Positions 36,201-44,250 of a stretch of DNA of 64,000 nucleotides are shown here, piece by piece. The notes below the pieces were generated by a model. It ran no database searches. It was given only the letters and a program-made list of their open reading frames with translations, and was not told where the DNA came from. The DNA is from Botryllus schlosseri. Its lineage: Eukaryota. Each line of letters begins with the position of its first letter. The first letter of the stretch is position 1. The stretch lies in assembly GCA_051294905.1 (NCBI GenBank), contig CM119371.1:26352001-26416000 (forward strand), given 5' to 3'. Position numbers and translations under genes: made by a program.

Positions 36201-38821
36201 TCTGAAGTAAACGGCTGCGGCGGTAAAAAAAAATCGATCCGTGCTTTAATTTAAGACCACATTATTTTTAAAGCTCAGTGCCCCTTTAATGAGAATAAGA
36301 ATAATCACAAATTTACCATCATATTGAGAACGGAAATATCCAGTCGTCCCACCTAATATCATTATAGATAAGTGGTTCTTCAACTACTCAGACACTACCC
36401 CCTTTATGTTAGTGAAAATCAACGTCCATGTTATATTTCAGATCGCTTTTCCGCATGGATGAAGATTTCGAGACAGCTAAAGCGGCGATCATACAACTTA
36501 TTTGAAATATTCAAACAAATTCATGACACCAGCTGAGTCATTATTAATTTTGCCTGCGTTTTTGGACGAAAAGGAATACTAGGTAGGCCTAATTAAGCGG
36601 CCGCCGAATTTGATCGACAGGCCTGTCGATGCAAGATCACCCGAGCCAACCATCAATCATTACCGCATGAGACGCCAAAGCTATAATGCAGAAAGCAAGC
36701 GATCTGGCATATTCTGCTAATGCAGTGGGTCCACACTACATGCTATCCGAAGCGCAATTACTCCTTCTGTGCCTGATACAGACTGCACTCGCCATAGCCA
36801 ACGTATCATCGTTCGACTACGGTCAAGATTCTCCGGAGTAGCTAGGGATGTGGCGTCAAAGAGTTTTGTTGTCTTTTTTATGGAATCAGTTGGAGTCGGC
36901 GACAAAAAATGTCGCAACACTATTTGGAGTAGGAGTCGGAGTTCCGAAAACATTTGATGGCTGGAGTCGGAGTTTGTGGAAATGCCTTGTGTACGAGTCA
37001 AACTGCTCCAATTGTATGATTTTCATTCACGTTACTTCAATATAGTAAGCAGCGCTATGTCCAAGTTATAGGACAAAGCGATGTATTGAGTAACGCAGTG
37101 TGGACGAAACTGAGCTAAGGCGAATAGCTTATTCATGTTTTGATATTGAAATACTGCGTCCGCAGTGCCTGCCAAGTCGACAAATATCGCCTTCAGCCAT
37201 TTTGTTTTGGTAACGTTTGATCTATATCAATGGTTCCCAACCAGTGGGTTCAGTCGTTCCCAATTAATCGTCCCTTATCAATTTTGACATAAATTTTTGC
37301 CTTCCATTGGAACGGACAGGAAAAAAACGATGTATAATCGGGAGATGTATTCAGCTAACTCTGATTGCTCAATAATTTAGCAAAAAAATACCATTTTATG
37401 GCTTGGTAGGTGCACGTTTCCGGATGTACTTCCCGTTGATTTGCCATTTTTTCGCGTCATATGCAAAATAAGCCGTCTTCACGTTCAATTTTGGACATGT
37501 TAATTAAATATATCTCACCAGAAATTTTAACATCATCGCCCCCTATCCCTCCCACCCCGTCAGTCATTCTCTTTGGTATTTTCGCCTACTTCCTTCTCAG
37601 AATCACCCATACTGTGTGAAATATTGCCCATGTTGAGCACCACTGGTCCATATGCAGGCCGTGTTATTTTTGGCATTTCAGGAGCCAGATGCCAAAACTG
37701 CCAAAAATAAAAATTTGAAAATGCCAAAAATAACCAATTTTTGGCATATGCCAAAAATAACACGGCTTGCCAAATAGTGTATTTCGTTCATGGTGTTGTG
37801 TTAACAGGACCGAATTACAAGCGAGAAGAGCGTGTGTGAAGGGCAGGTATCTTACTATATGGGTCCAGCCCACCCATTAGGGAGAATGCATGGTGTCCTA
37901 AATGGTGTGGGCACAGCGAGATTGAACGGCTGACTGCACTTGGTTTACGTCATACTTTCCATTCGTCCAAAGGCAATTTTACGGCCATTTTTGACCAGCT
38001 TGCCGAGCGCTAAATTTGATAAAACGGGTATTAATGGAAAGCCTCCACTGTACTGATTACTAGAATATAAATTGTATTCTGCTCATGGATCTGGAACCCC
38101 CAAATTTCGTTGGGTGGAAAATTTATTCAGGAGAAACTTTGCTGACCTGAGTTTGAAAGCACTGTTACAGTGCAAACAATTTGAGTCTATTCAGAAGCGG
38201 TAACAATCAGGTGTTTATCGTGTATGTTAGGCTTCTCATTCTTTTTGCTTATTGGCACCGATTCCGAATGGATACTGCACATTTTGTGGTTTCGTTTGAT
38301 ATTATGAACCTATGTAATCACTAGGTTTTTCCTTCTTATTATTGTTTGATGGTACTGATTATTAGTGGATGCTGCACATTTTTGGTCTCTTTTGATAAAC
38401 TGACCCAAATAAAGCGTTTTTATGACTAATTCGAGTCTGAAAATATCTATTTAGAGGTCGATGCCAAAACTGCCAAAAATAAAAATTGAAAAATGCCAAA
38501 AATAAGCTATTTTTGGCAGTTTTGGCATATGCCAAAAATAACACGGCCTGTCCATATGATCTATGATGGATACATCCTGAAGAAATTACAAAGCATGGTA
38601 TAGGTATCCAGCCCAATGGTGCCGTTGTAAATCGTATTTTTATATGTTGCCACCCGATGCCAATTAAACTTCGTCTACTCTAATGCATATACCTGATGAG
38701 TATTTCCTTGACTACTCAAATGCTTCCACGACACAGTACCGCCACGAAAATGTGAAGCCGTAGAGATGCCGAAGTGCAAAGTGCAAACCGCTATAAATAC
38801 AGCTACACCTTTAAATTCCAT
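3193..38821 (-). CDS. 16-exon gene, 798 aa: secreted/GPI-anchored SHFRGG-module + EGF + ZP-domain protein. Exons: 38821-38693, 31664-31402, 31324-31184, 31125-30969, 23077-22915, 22860-22722, 21798-21640, 18686-18646, 18581-18453, 14393-14209, 13015-12758, 6457-6282, 5140-5011, 3660-3578, 3497-3349, 3287-3193
   Basis: Manual assembly. All 15 introns are GT..AG, phases match at each junction, and exon lengths sum to 2397 nt (799 codons incl. TGA) with no internal stop. Recognisable signal peptide, EGF Cys pattern, ZP Cys pattern, RKRR and hydrophobic C-terminus. Confidence 0.9.
3349..3497 (-). CDS. Exon 15: C-terminal propeptide
   Basis: cgtcag|SAQDGQKLYRYARDIDDDENEEESLRITESQSSLQRANTKFILKSTSTV|gtaagc, phase 2->1. 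Confidence 0.8.
3578..3660 (-). CDS. Exon 14: ZP-C end + consensus furin site
   Basis: ttttag|CQVMICDASNSSTRCFQGCQPSAARKR(R)|gtgagt, phase 0->2. Confidence 0.92.
3722..3931 (-). mobile_element. tRNA-derived SINE (family A)
   Basis: Minus strand: GGTGGCGAGATACCGTAGTGG (A-box-like), GTTCGACTCC (B-box), (AAAC)n tail. Related copies at ~8830-9010 (+), ~10880-10925 and ~28830-29070 (-). Confidence 0.7.
5011..5140 (-). CDS. Exon 13: ZP-C
   Basis: tttcag|GCFLDPTLIRHSAPSNMEDRISMQAFEFEANLLNDRQNAEIFIE|gtatac, phase 2->0. Confidence 0.92.
5424..6072. mobile_element. Foldback MITE with ~270-bp imperfect terminal inverted repeats
   Basis: CCATAGTGTC..GGTGTGGACACAAGCAAATCTCACGG at the left end mirrors CCGTGAGATTTGCTTGTGTCCACACC..GACACTATGG at the right; arms align to ~5700/5805. 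Confidence 0.75.
6282..6457 (-). CDS. Exon 12: ZP-C
   Basis: ctacag|TAVAPVDYPLQVSVKDRMYFSLG...LVFFTEECTASST...YTFIKDG|gtatgt, phase 0->2. Confidence 0.92.
7348..8272. mobile_element. Non-autonomous hAT-type element with GACTCGAGTC/AAGTC subterminal arrays (copy 1)
   Basis: TIR (T)AGTGTTGGGAT...ATCCCAACACTG; colinear with copy at 10418-12238; no TSD match here. Confidence 0.75.
8297..9788. mobile_element. Composite Buster/Charlie-type hAT MITE (copy 1) with nested element 9152-9669 and a SINE at ~8830-9010
   Basis: TIR CAGGGGTTCTCAACC...GGTTGCGATCCACTG; TSD ATTTAGAG/CTTTAGAG; colinear with 50950-52305. Confidence 0.85.
10418..12238. mobile_element. GACTCGAGTC-array hAT element (copy 2)
   Basis: Left TIR CAGTGTTGGGAT, right TIR partly deleted; perfect 8-bp TSD CTTTACGG. 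Confidence 0.8.
10600..11382. mobile_element. Buster/Charlie-type hAT MITE (GGCCCG subterminal repeats)
   Basis: TIR CAGGGGTGGGCAAC...GTTGCCCGCCCCTG; perfect TSD CTTTACAG. Confidence 0.85.
12758..13015 (-). CDS. Exon 11: ZP-N end, linker, internal hydrophobic patch
   Basis: tttcag|SNSYLLRYH...IITRGEWKRVPVTCSV...GMGEYSFYFEFYYTGSFS|gtaaga, phase 0->0. Confidence 0.9.
13340..13910. mobile_element. MITE related to the GACTCGAGTC family
   Basis: Ends CAAGTTGTAA...TTACAACTTTG with many GACTCGAGTC/CAAGTC motifs. Confidence 0.55.
14209..14393 (-). CDS. Exon 10: ZP-N first half
   Basis: ttgtag|PADVACDGSGMQISLPSCASN...SCQSTFDGQHHILQIARHQCGVTEW|gtaggg, phase 1->0. Confidence 0.88.
14488..18158 (+). 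mobile_element. Chapaev3-like (CMC) DNA transposon relic with nested insertions
   Basis: Termini CATTGGGCAACAATTTT...AAAATTGTGTTGATCAGTG, TAA on both flanks; decayed transposase at 17358-17854. Confidence 0.7.
17358..17854 (+). pseudogene. Chapaev3-type transposase remnant
   Basis: GLLMELG..SE..LKCGILQNDNVLAAVTIAHSACLRE*Y and NNFPENLEKVKDVKG...RYKSK..MLADY..IERD match recalled Chapaev3 motifs (LKxVLLHNGN..SxPxAHS; FPENLGxVSDExGERFHQ..RYQG..MLADYCW). Confidence 0.7.
18453..18581 (-). CDS. Exon 9: EGF-like domain
   Basis: VSNPCDIDNGGCNDVCLPQGGSRTCGCSLGCWNLLDNMKTCA; phase 1-1 symmetric exon typical of EGF modules; donor gtaagg. Confidence 0.92.
18646..18686 (-). CDS. Exon 8 (41 nt)
   Basis: tttcag|GKSGTQVCFTVVVA|gtgagt, phase 2->1. 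Best-fitting bridge between exon 7 and the EGF exon; completes the 'G.S....C.T..V' strand. Confidence 0.78.
19298..20735. mobile_element. hAT-Blackjack-like element (GTCCGGAATTT family)
   Basis: TIR TAGGGTTGCCATA...TATGGGGACCCTA; TSD CATTGAAC/CATTAAAC; relatives at 31723-32897, ~35234-35932 (inverted) and ~62519-62990 (partial). Confidence 0.8.
21640..21798 (-). CDS. Exon 7 (beta-sandwich-like)
   Basis: ttacag|IIQFVVLGPIGVQVSVPVYINATGAYGSNITWSPDPSQTGRHIICYYALDSFG|gtaaat, phase 2->2. Confidence 0.88.
21859..22145. mobile_element. Short Buster/Charlie-type MITE
   Basis: CGGTGATTCTCAAAC...GTTTGAAATCCACTG; TSD CATTAGAC/CATTAGAT; relative at ~55572-55855. Confidence 0.65.
22722..22860 (-). CDS. 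Exon 6
   Basis: ctgcag|ISSTTMCNDSPTYPAETIQDGETITVSDDEGTFDEIIYAYPSDAEA|gtatgt, phase 1->2. Confidence 0.88.
22915..23077 (-). CDS. Exon 5
   Basis: cttcag|TTCQIHYDGGGGIYLVPVALMLEDRP...LSQVPLQFLVD|gtaaga, phase 0->1. Confidence 0.9.
24003..24215 (+). mobile_element. tRNA-derived SINE (family B)
   Basis: A-box-like TGGTGCAGTGTG and B-box GGTTCGAGTCT at tRNA spacing, followed by a non-tRNA body. Confidence 0.55.
24796..26688 (+). mobile_element. Buster/Charlie hAT deletion derivative with transposase C-terminal remnant and two nested elements (25262-26529; ~25526-26318)
   Basis: TIR CAGTGGTTCCCAACC...GGTTGGGAAACACTG; perfect TSD GTTTACAG. ~24990-25150 reads CEQGFS..LMTIKSKKRNRL...PRIDKLVENKQMQPSH*. 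Inner TSD ACCTAGTT/GCCTAGTT. Confidence 0.85.
28235..29180. mobile_element. Buster/Charlie-type MITE carrying a SINE-A copy, inside a larger degraded element (~27628-29707)
   Basis: TIR CAGTGGTTCCCAACC...GGTTGGGAACCACTG; TSD GATTAACC/GATTAACT. Confidence 0.8.
30969..31125 (-). CDS. Exon 4
   Basis: tttcag|RLLQGCPSTIKITSVDDDGDHVICRYAGSNNTLISDECAGVCNVIYPHFTLDE|gtttgt, phase 2->0. Confidence 0.9.
31184..31324 (-). CDS. Exon 3
   Basis: atttag|SYAGGAWIGGLYSGGGSWAVPTLVDLAVRSDTGHPNTPPRTFSPPVV|gtatca, phase 2->2. Confidence 0.9.
31402..31664 (-). CDS. Exon 2
   Basis: ttgcag|IEVNYRLGWRRDWVTDQCDD...CTTYDTIENWAYGYNSF...FVI|gtataa, phase 0->2. Confidence 0.9.
31723..32897. mobile_element. hAT-Blackjack-like element with nested 193-bp MITE (31964-32156)
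   Basis: AGGGTTGCCATATGTCCGG...TATGGTAACCCT; colinear with 19298-20735. Inner MITE CAATGTTCTCTCTA...TAGAAGAAACATTG has perfect TSD GCCACCAC. Confidence 0.8.
32917..36285. mobile_element. Kolobok-like TTAA element with ~330-bp imperfect TIRs, filled with nested elements
   Basis: TTAA|AGAGGCACT...AGTGCCCCT|TTAA; arms 32917-~33245 and ~35945-36285 are degenerate reverse complements. Confidence 0.65.
37655..38550 (+). mobile_element. Non-autonomous hAT element, CAGGCCGTGTTATTTTTGGCAT family (short copy)
   Basis: 22-bp TIR; perfect 8-bp TSD TCCATATG; TGCCAAAA subterminal repeats; highly similar to 56959-58303 apart from an internal deletion. Confidence 0.9.
38693..38821 (-). CDS. Exon 1: signal peptide + SHFRGG motif
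   Basis: MEFKGVAVFIAVCTLHFGISTA-SHFRGGTVSWKHLSSQGNTHQ; donor CAG|gtatat, phase 0. Confidence 0.9.
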
Positions 38822-38883
38822 GATTAGTCTCGACGCCCGTACAGTCACAATGAGTTGATAGAGGAGGGCACGACTTCCATCCA

Positions 38884-38891
38884 TATTTATA
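38884..38891 (-). promoter_or_regulatory. Candidate TATA box of the ZP gene
   Basis: TATAAATA on the minus strand ~65 nt upstream of the ATG, with an initiator-like TCATT near 38852. Confidence 0.55.
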
Positions 38892-41073
38892 CGCAAGGGG
38901 TTTTATTGCTACTAAGCGATACTTTTTCGTTACCTAGTGACGGAAGACTTCTCAATTGATTGTCATATTATCTCTAATTTGTCTTCGTGACTTTGCGAGG
39001 TTCGTGTTCGCGAGTCATCTAATAACTCTTTTTACGGTCAATGCGAATGCTGATCGAGGAACATTGTTACACATTGATGAAAAGGACTCGTTTAGTTCCG
39101 ATTCTGCTTCCTTAGTCGTTCACAATGGCTGATATACTGTGATGTGTTGGTAGATAGGTTACTAATTCAATTTGAAGGCATTTCCATTGAGTGCTGAAAC
39201 ATACGAACCCAATAATTAAACATTCCGTATTTTCTTTGCGTTTACACAGACATTAGATCAGATTCAATACTTGCTAGGCATATTTGATTATGAAATTGCC
39301 GATGAATACCATGGACATTACGCTGACACCAGAAATCTACAAGCTCAATCAACGTAACTATGTACATTAAAATCACAAACCCGAGCTTCAGCAACACTTT
39401 CAGATGGCAATGGGTCGTACATCGTCAAAGATTAGTCGAATCCATTCCAAATCAGTGGTTAGTTTTGCTTACTAGTCTGAAGCTAATGACATTCGTCACC
39501 ACGAAAAATAGTCATCGCGTTGGTCATTCTTTACTGCTGAAAAATTAATATCAATGTGTGTATACCTTATATTCATTTTACTATACGTGGTGGATACCTC
39601 GTTGCATGCTAAAACTTCAGCCATTGCAAAATGTGAACCTCATTATATGGTAAAATATCAAGTATGATTTGTTACCGGCAAGGTCCGGATCGCGGGTCGA
39701 GTTCGGTCCGTTGTTGAAATTATTGAATCTTATAAAAGGGCACTATCATCACACCCCAAAACTGCAATCATGTAGATAAGTTGGATTTGAAAATAGAATG
39801 GAAATTTTAATATATTCCACTCCATATCAGCTTTGAAAATATTTCTGATCAATTTATAAATCCTGGTAATCTATCGACGCTTCACCCGATTGCAATTCTT
39901 TATTATCATTACGCTACATCCGTCTATATATTTCCCAGGTTCTGATGAATTCGGTATATTCAGACATCAGCGTCAGATGGCGTTTTAGTTCAAAGTTAAG
40001 TTGGCGGTACGCGAATGCCGTGCAAAAATCTCGAAATGGTACGCGATTAAAAAGATTTGGAAATATATGGTCGGGCTATAATGTTGGCAATCCAGTTGGA
40101 ACCTGGATCGAGGTGAGATACAAAAAGTAGGCCTATATCGTAAATGCTTCCTTTAAGATTGTGGATGTATTTATAAATCTTTCTCCGATGATATGTGTCG
40201 GCTTCCTGCGTTGATCATAATAACGTTTGGCGTGCAAGTTTGTATTTGGTTGGTATTTGGTTTGTGATTTTACGGTATCAATTCCTATATATATAGGATG
40301 AGGAGTTGCTTTTGCTAAGACTGCCATGTTTTTTTTGTTCTGAAATTTGTACAGGTTGCCTGGACTTTTCATATCAAACGTTGGCCTCGGGAAAGCTAAA
40401 TACTGATTGCTCTTTGCGACAAATCATTCTTTGCGGGAATTAACTGCTGACGAGATGTACAAAACAAACCGTTGAATAAATGAAATAATTGGGATTTTCC
40501 TTGTTCATAACATATTCAGTTTTATAGTATATTGGACTTCGATATTCTCATTGATGCGAATGCCCCGTAAAAATCTGAGCAAAATATATCCTATCTTGAG
40601 AATAGAGTGACTTGATACGCAATATCACTGAAACTCAGGTTTGAGCAGAAACGTTTAGTCACCTGGCGAAACAGTTTCTGGCTGCCGAATCAGGAAGATC
40701 TATATTGGTGTCAAAAGATTAGCAGTTTAATGACAGCACGATCCTTTAGTAAAGTTCATGATGAAGTCGAAGTCTAATCTTTTAGTAAGACGCACTCTTG
40801 TACGTCCTTGCACGACATAGCACGGTTATCGAAAGTCAGTTTGCTCTTTAGATTACAGTAATTATTGTTCTGGCCATATGGCGTCGAGTGTCGACCCGAT
40901 CCAAATGCAGTCGCAGTCCGTCCTCACTATGACTATGTAGATTGTATGTGCATGTCATCAGATTAAATACTACGGACTTGCATATGTAGTCGGTTACTTT
41001 TATATCTTTTGACCTGTATGCGGGTTAGTTAAATCGTTTACCGTATCGATATTAAAACCTTTTATGTTCACAG

Positions 41074-41880
41074 AATTTTTAAACAAGCAAAGCGCAGATC
41101 GCGGAAGTTCCATCGCTCCCAGGACATCTGAAGCAAGCAAGATTGACGACACTATCATGGAATCGGAGTACAACATTTTTACCAACGCGCCAGACAGGCA
41201 CGACATAATTCATCGAGTGTACCGCGGAATGTTCGGCAAGCCGTTCACAGTCGACTCTCTGGTGTCTTGGTCTGACCAATCCAAGAAACAAGGCCGCGAC
41301 GTAGGAGCTATCCTGCTCTGCGTAGTAGCCAGTGAAATGTGCAAATGGAAAAACCATGATCCGACGGGTAATCTGATTTTTATAGGCAGACGTATTTATG
41401 ATTTGTGCGGATGCGCGGAGACGTTAGTGCTAAAAGAACCCATTATCGTTGTCAATTATGTTATTCATTTCATGGATGATTTATTGGAAGCGATCAAGAA
41501 TCTAACTGGAGCAGATCCGAAACGTAAAGCGTTAGAACAGGCCGGAGCTCTAGGTACAATAATATTCGTCTGCGTAATCCCCCACAAATAGTCCTACAAG
41601 AGAGGCGTAGGATACGGTGAAGCTGCTTTGGGAATTCTCCATCGGCCGCAATTTGGCTCACAACCGCCGGCGTGGCATCAAACCTTACTGTACAACCTCG
41701 CTTTATGCTACCACGGGATCTCGTGCTACAGTCGAGCTGAAAACTGCCTCGCGCGGTCGTTGCAGCTGTGCAATATTATTGACTTCGGCGGAGAGGAACT
41801 TGCGAAAAGGGCTGTGGAATAATCGGGATCTGCGTTGGAGAATGTGCGCGCCGCGGTGAAGAAAAGGGACAGGCGCTCGC
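41074..41880 (+). pseudogene. TPR-like helical-repeat protein exon with two in-frame stops
   Basis: Acceptor tcacag at 41073. ORFs 41064-41591, 41628-41822 and 41835- share one frame, broken by TAG (41589) and TAA (41820). YKRGVGYGEAALGIL...LYNLALCYHGISCYSRAENCLARSLQL is TPR-like. Confidence 0.6.
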
Positions 41881-42414
41881 TAACGTTTCATGCTCAATTC
41901 CTCGGAGTTGCGATGACAGGTGCAATGATCTACATAAATATCAGGCTGATCAAGTCGATGGTGCTCTTGCAAGATCAAATACCGTATAGGCTCGTGCTAT
42001 TTCGTGTACAGATATTTCTTGCTTCAATAATGGAATGCATGATTTGCACCGAACATATTAATACCGTGTTCTCCTACACAATATACCGCTATTTCAGATG
42101 ATAAGCTTGCAATATGCTTGGCGAATCTGTAAGCTAAGTCGAGACGAATCGTCGCAGTCTGGTTGCAGCCTTTATCAGTTAGGCCTAATCGGCGTTGACA
42201 GTTCGGACGAATGTGCATTCTGCACCTATACAGCTAATACAGAATAATGACTATAGCGGTAGATTATTCGGAGCAGCCTCTAAGCTAAAGTATATTCGTG
42301 ATGAATTGACTATTTACCCGATTGATCTGACGACTCTAATCAATATTTTTAATAAGAATAATTTCGGCCATAAGTACTTGTGCACTACTGTATAAACAAC
42401 CTAATCATTGAATT

Positions 42415-42483
42415 CCATGACGTCGCAACGTTAGCATCTAATCATACAGCAGCATCCCATTGGGCTCGAAAGTCACGTGACTT
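42415..42483. promoter_or_regulatory. Promoter-like cluster: CRE-like TGACGTC, inverted CCAAT, palindromic GTCACGTGAC (E-box/CLEAR-type)
   Basis: TGACGTCG at ~42418, ATTGG at ~42459, and a perfect 14-bp palindrome AAGTCACGTGACTT at 42470-42483, upstream of coding-like exons. Confidence 0.4.
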
Positions 42484-42694
42484 GTGGTTCGCTGGGGCCA
42501 AACAACTATATTAGATACCCGCTCCCTGTGTTACTTTGCGATATTGGTCTGTTTTCAATTCGTATTTTCTGTCTCAGTGAGGTTGTTTGAAGTACAGTTC
42601 TGGGTTCTATGTTATCTTCGTAGACTTTTTAGCTAGTTTCAGGTTTTTTTAGATGCTAACTAGGTAGGGTTATGTTGTTTTGCAGCCGTGCAAA

Positions 42695-44250
42695 ATGTCA
42701 GGGTGTAACGTGCCCGTTTGTTATAATGGATGAGAAAACAATTCGGAGTAGTCTTTCCGTCGACTTCTGCATTGCCAGAAAACGACAGGAAAGTTACTGA
42801 AATTAATTACGCCAGTGAGAATGCTAAATATAATTTACATTTGAACTATGTTGACTTGTTTGTTCGGTGGTATCAAATGTCATACCGGTATCTTTTGTGC
42901 CCCAAGACAGCGCAATGGAGTCAGCTTCAATAGCAAATGATTTAAGATAAGCCGCAATTATTAGATTTTTTATTGTGTTTATTTAGTGAAAGTGGCCTAA
43001 GAATAGATGCATCAACTGCCGGCATCGGTCAACTAATAAATATTAAGATATCTGTGCAATTTATCGAAAAAGATAATCAAGAATTTCGGTCAGCCAAATT
43101 TGAGTTTAACCATGCCAATCAGAAGCAAGTTATTGATAGCTTCAAGGATAGTGCTGAGAAAACTGCTATATATACTTCATTGCTGGACAAGGACAAGAGT
43201 ACCGTACTTTCAATTTGGTTTTTGGGAAAATGCAGCGATTTACAATTTGGTATCATTCTGTCTGTATTGCAAATATCCTTTTAATGGGAAACCAGGCCTT
43301 GCTGATACTCATGACATTGCTTCGTATAATTTAGTACTGGCACTGTTACCGATGTTTTTTCTAGATTTTGGTCAAGTTTCTACATTAGTGTTGTTAAAAA
43401 ATATTTTTTGTGCCAAATTTCACTGGCTCATGAAGAAAATTGATAGGTTGGCTTTAAAAACGTTGCACACTAAATTTGGCTAATTCCAACATACAGAAGT
43501 AAAGCTATCAGATTTAAAAAAATTGAATTTATTGAAAAAATGAAACAATTTTATTCAAATTTCACTGGCTACGCCATGAAATTGCTGAGTTCTCATAAAT
43601 GTATAGCAAATTTGGCTAGTTGAGTCAAATTAAAAATTTTCTACCTTCAGTAGCTTTTGCATGGCTCTATACAAAATTTACACAAATTTCTTGAACAAAA
43701 ATCAGAGGGTAATTAATAACCATTTTATTCTCTTATAGATACTTTTAGATGTTCAACAGATCAATGCAAACATTTATGCTAGCCTCACTAACCCGTGCCT
43801 GATTGCTGTGCTAGTGAAGTTGCACTGTGCCGCTATACGTAAACCTTATCCGTGGCATCTCTGATCCCAACAGCTTGTATGATGCAATTGGTAACTCTGT
43901 CACAACTGCTCTCCAGAAGAAACCATCTCCTTTATCGCAAGAATGAGAAGCACACGCACGCTATTCACCCCTTGGACCATGAGAGACTGTAGCTCAACTG
44001 TCTATGGAATGACGTCACCGTAGGGAGGTGGAGCGAACACTTCAAGACGCTACCGGCCTTAAAAGTCGGGACCACGTGTACTTCCTGAACTTGATTGAAA
44101 TCCACCCAAAACGCTGGGAAGGAACTGACATTGTTGTCGACATACGGTACATCAATGCTACCAATAGGTCATTTGTGTGGGACCAGCCTCGTAACCATAC
44201 CGACCCAACAACACTTTTATCCCTTACCGTCGTTGTCAGTGCCAGGGTCA
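42695..44250 (+). pseudogene. Decayed multi-exon gene of unknown family
   Basis: Coding-like blocks at ~42695-42890, ~42987-43250 (acceptor ttatttag) and ~43739-44250 (acceptor cttatag), with a frameshift and in-frame TGAs; ends at a Blackjack-like fragment (~44245-44468). Confidence 0.35.

Noticed and set aside
36843..37010. GGAGTC repeat cluster as a distinct functional repeat
   Set aside because: Looks like the degraded subterminal array of another MITE; a similar fragment is at ~45-75
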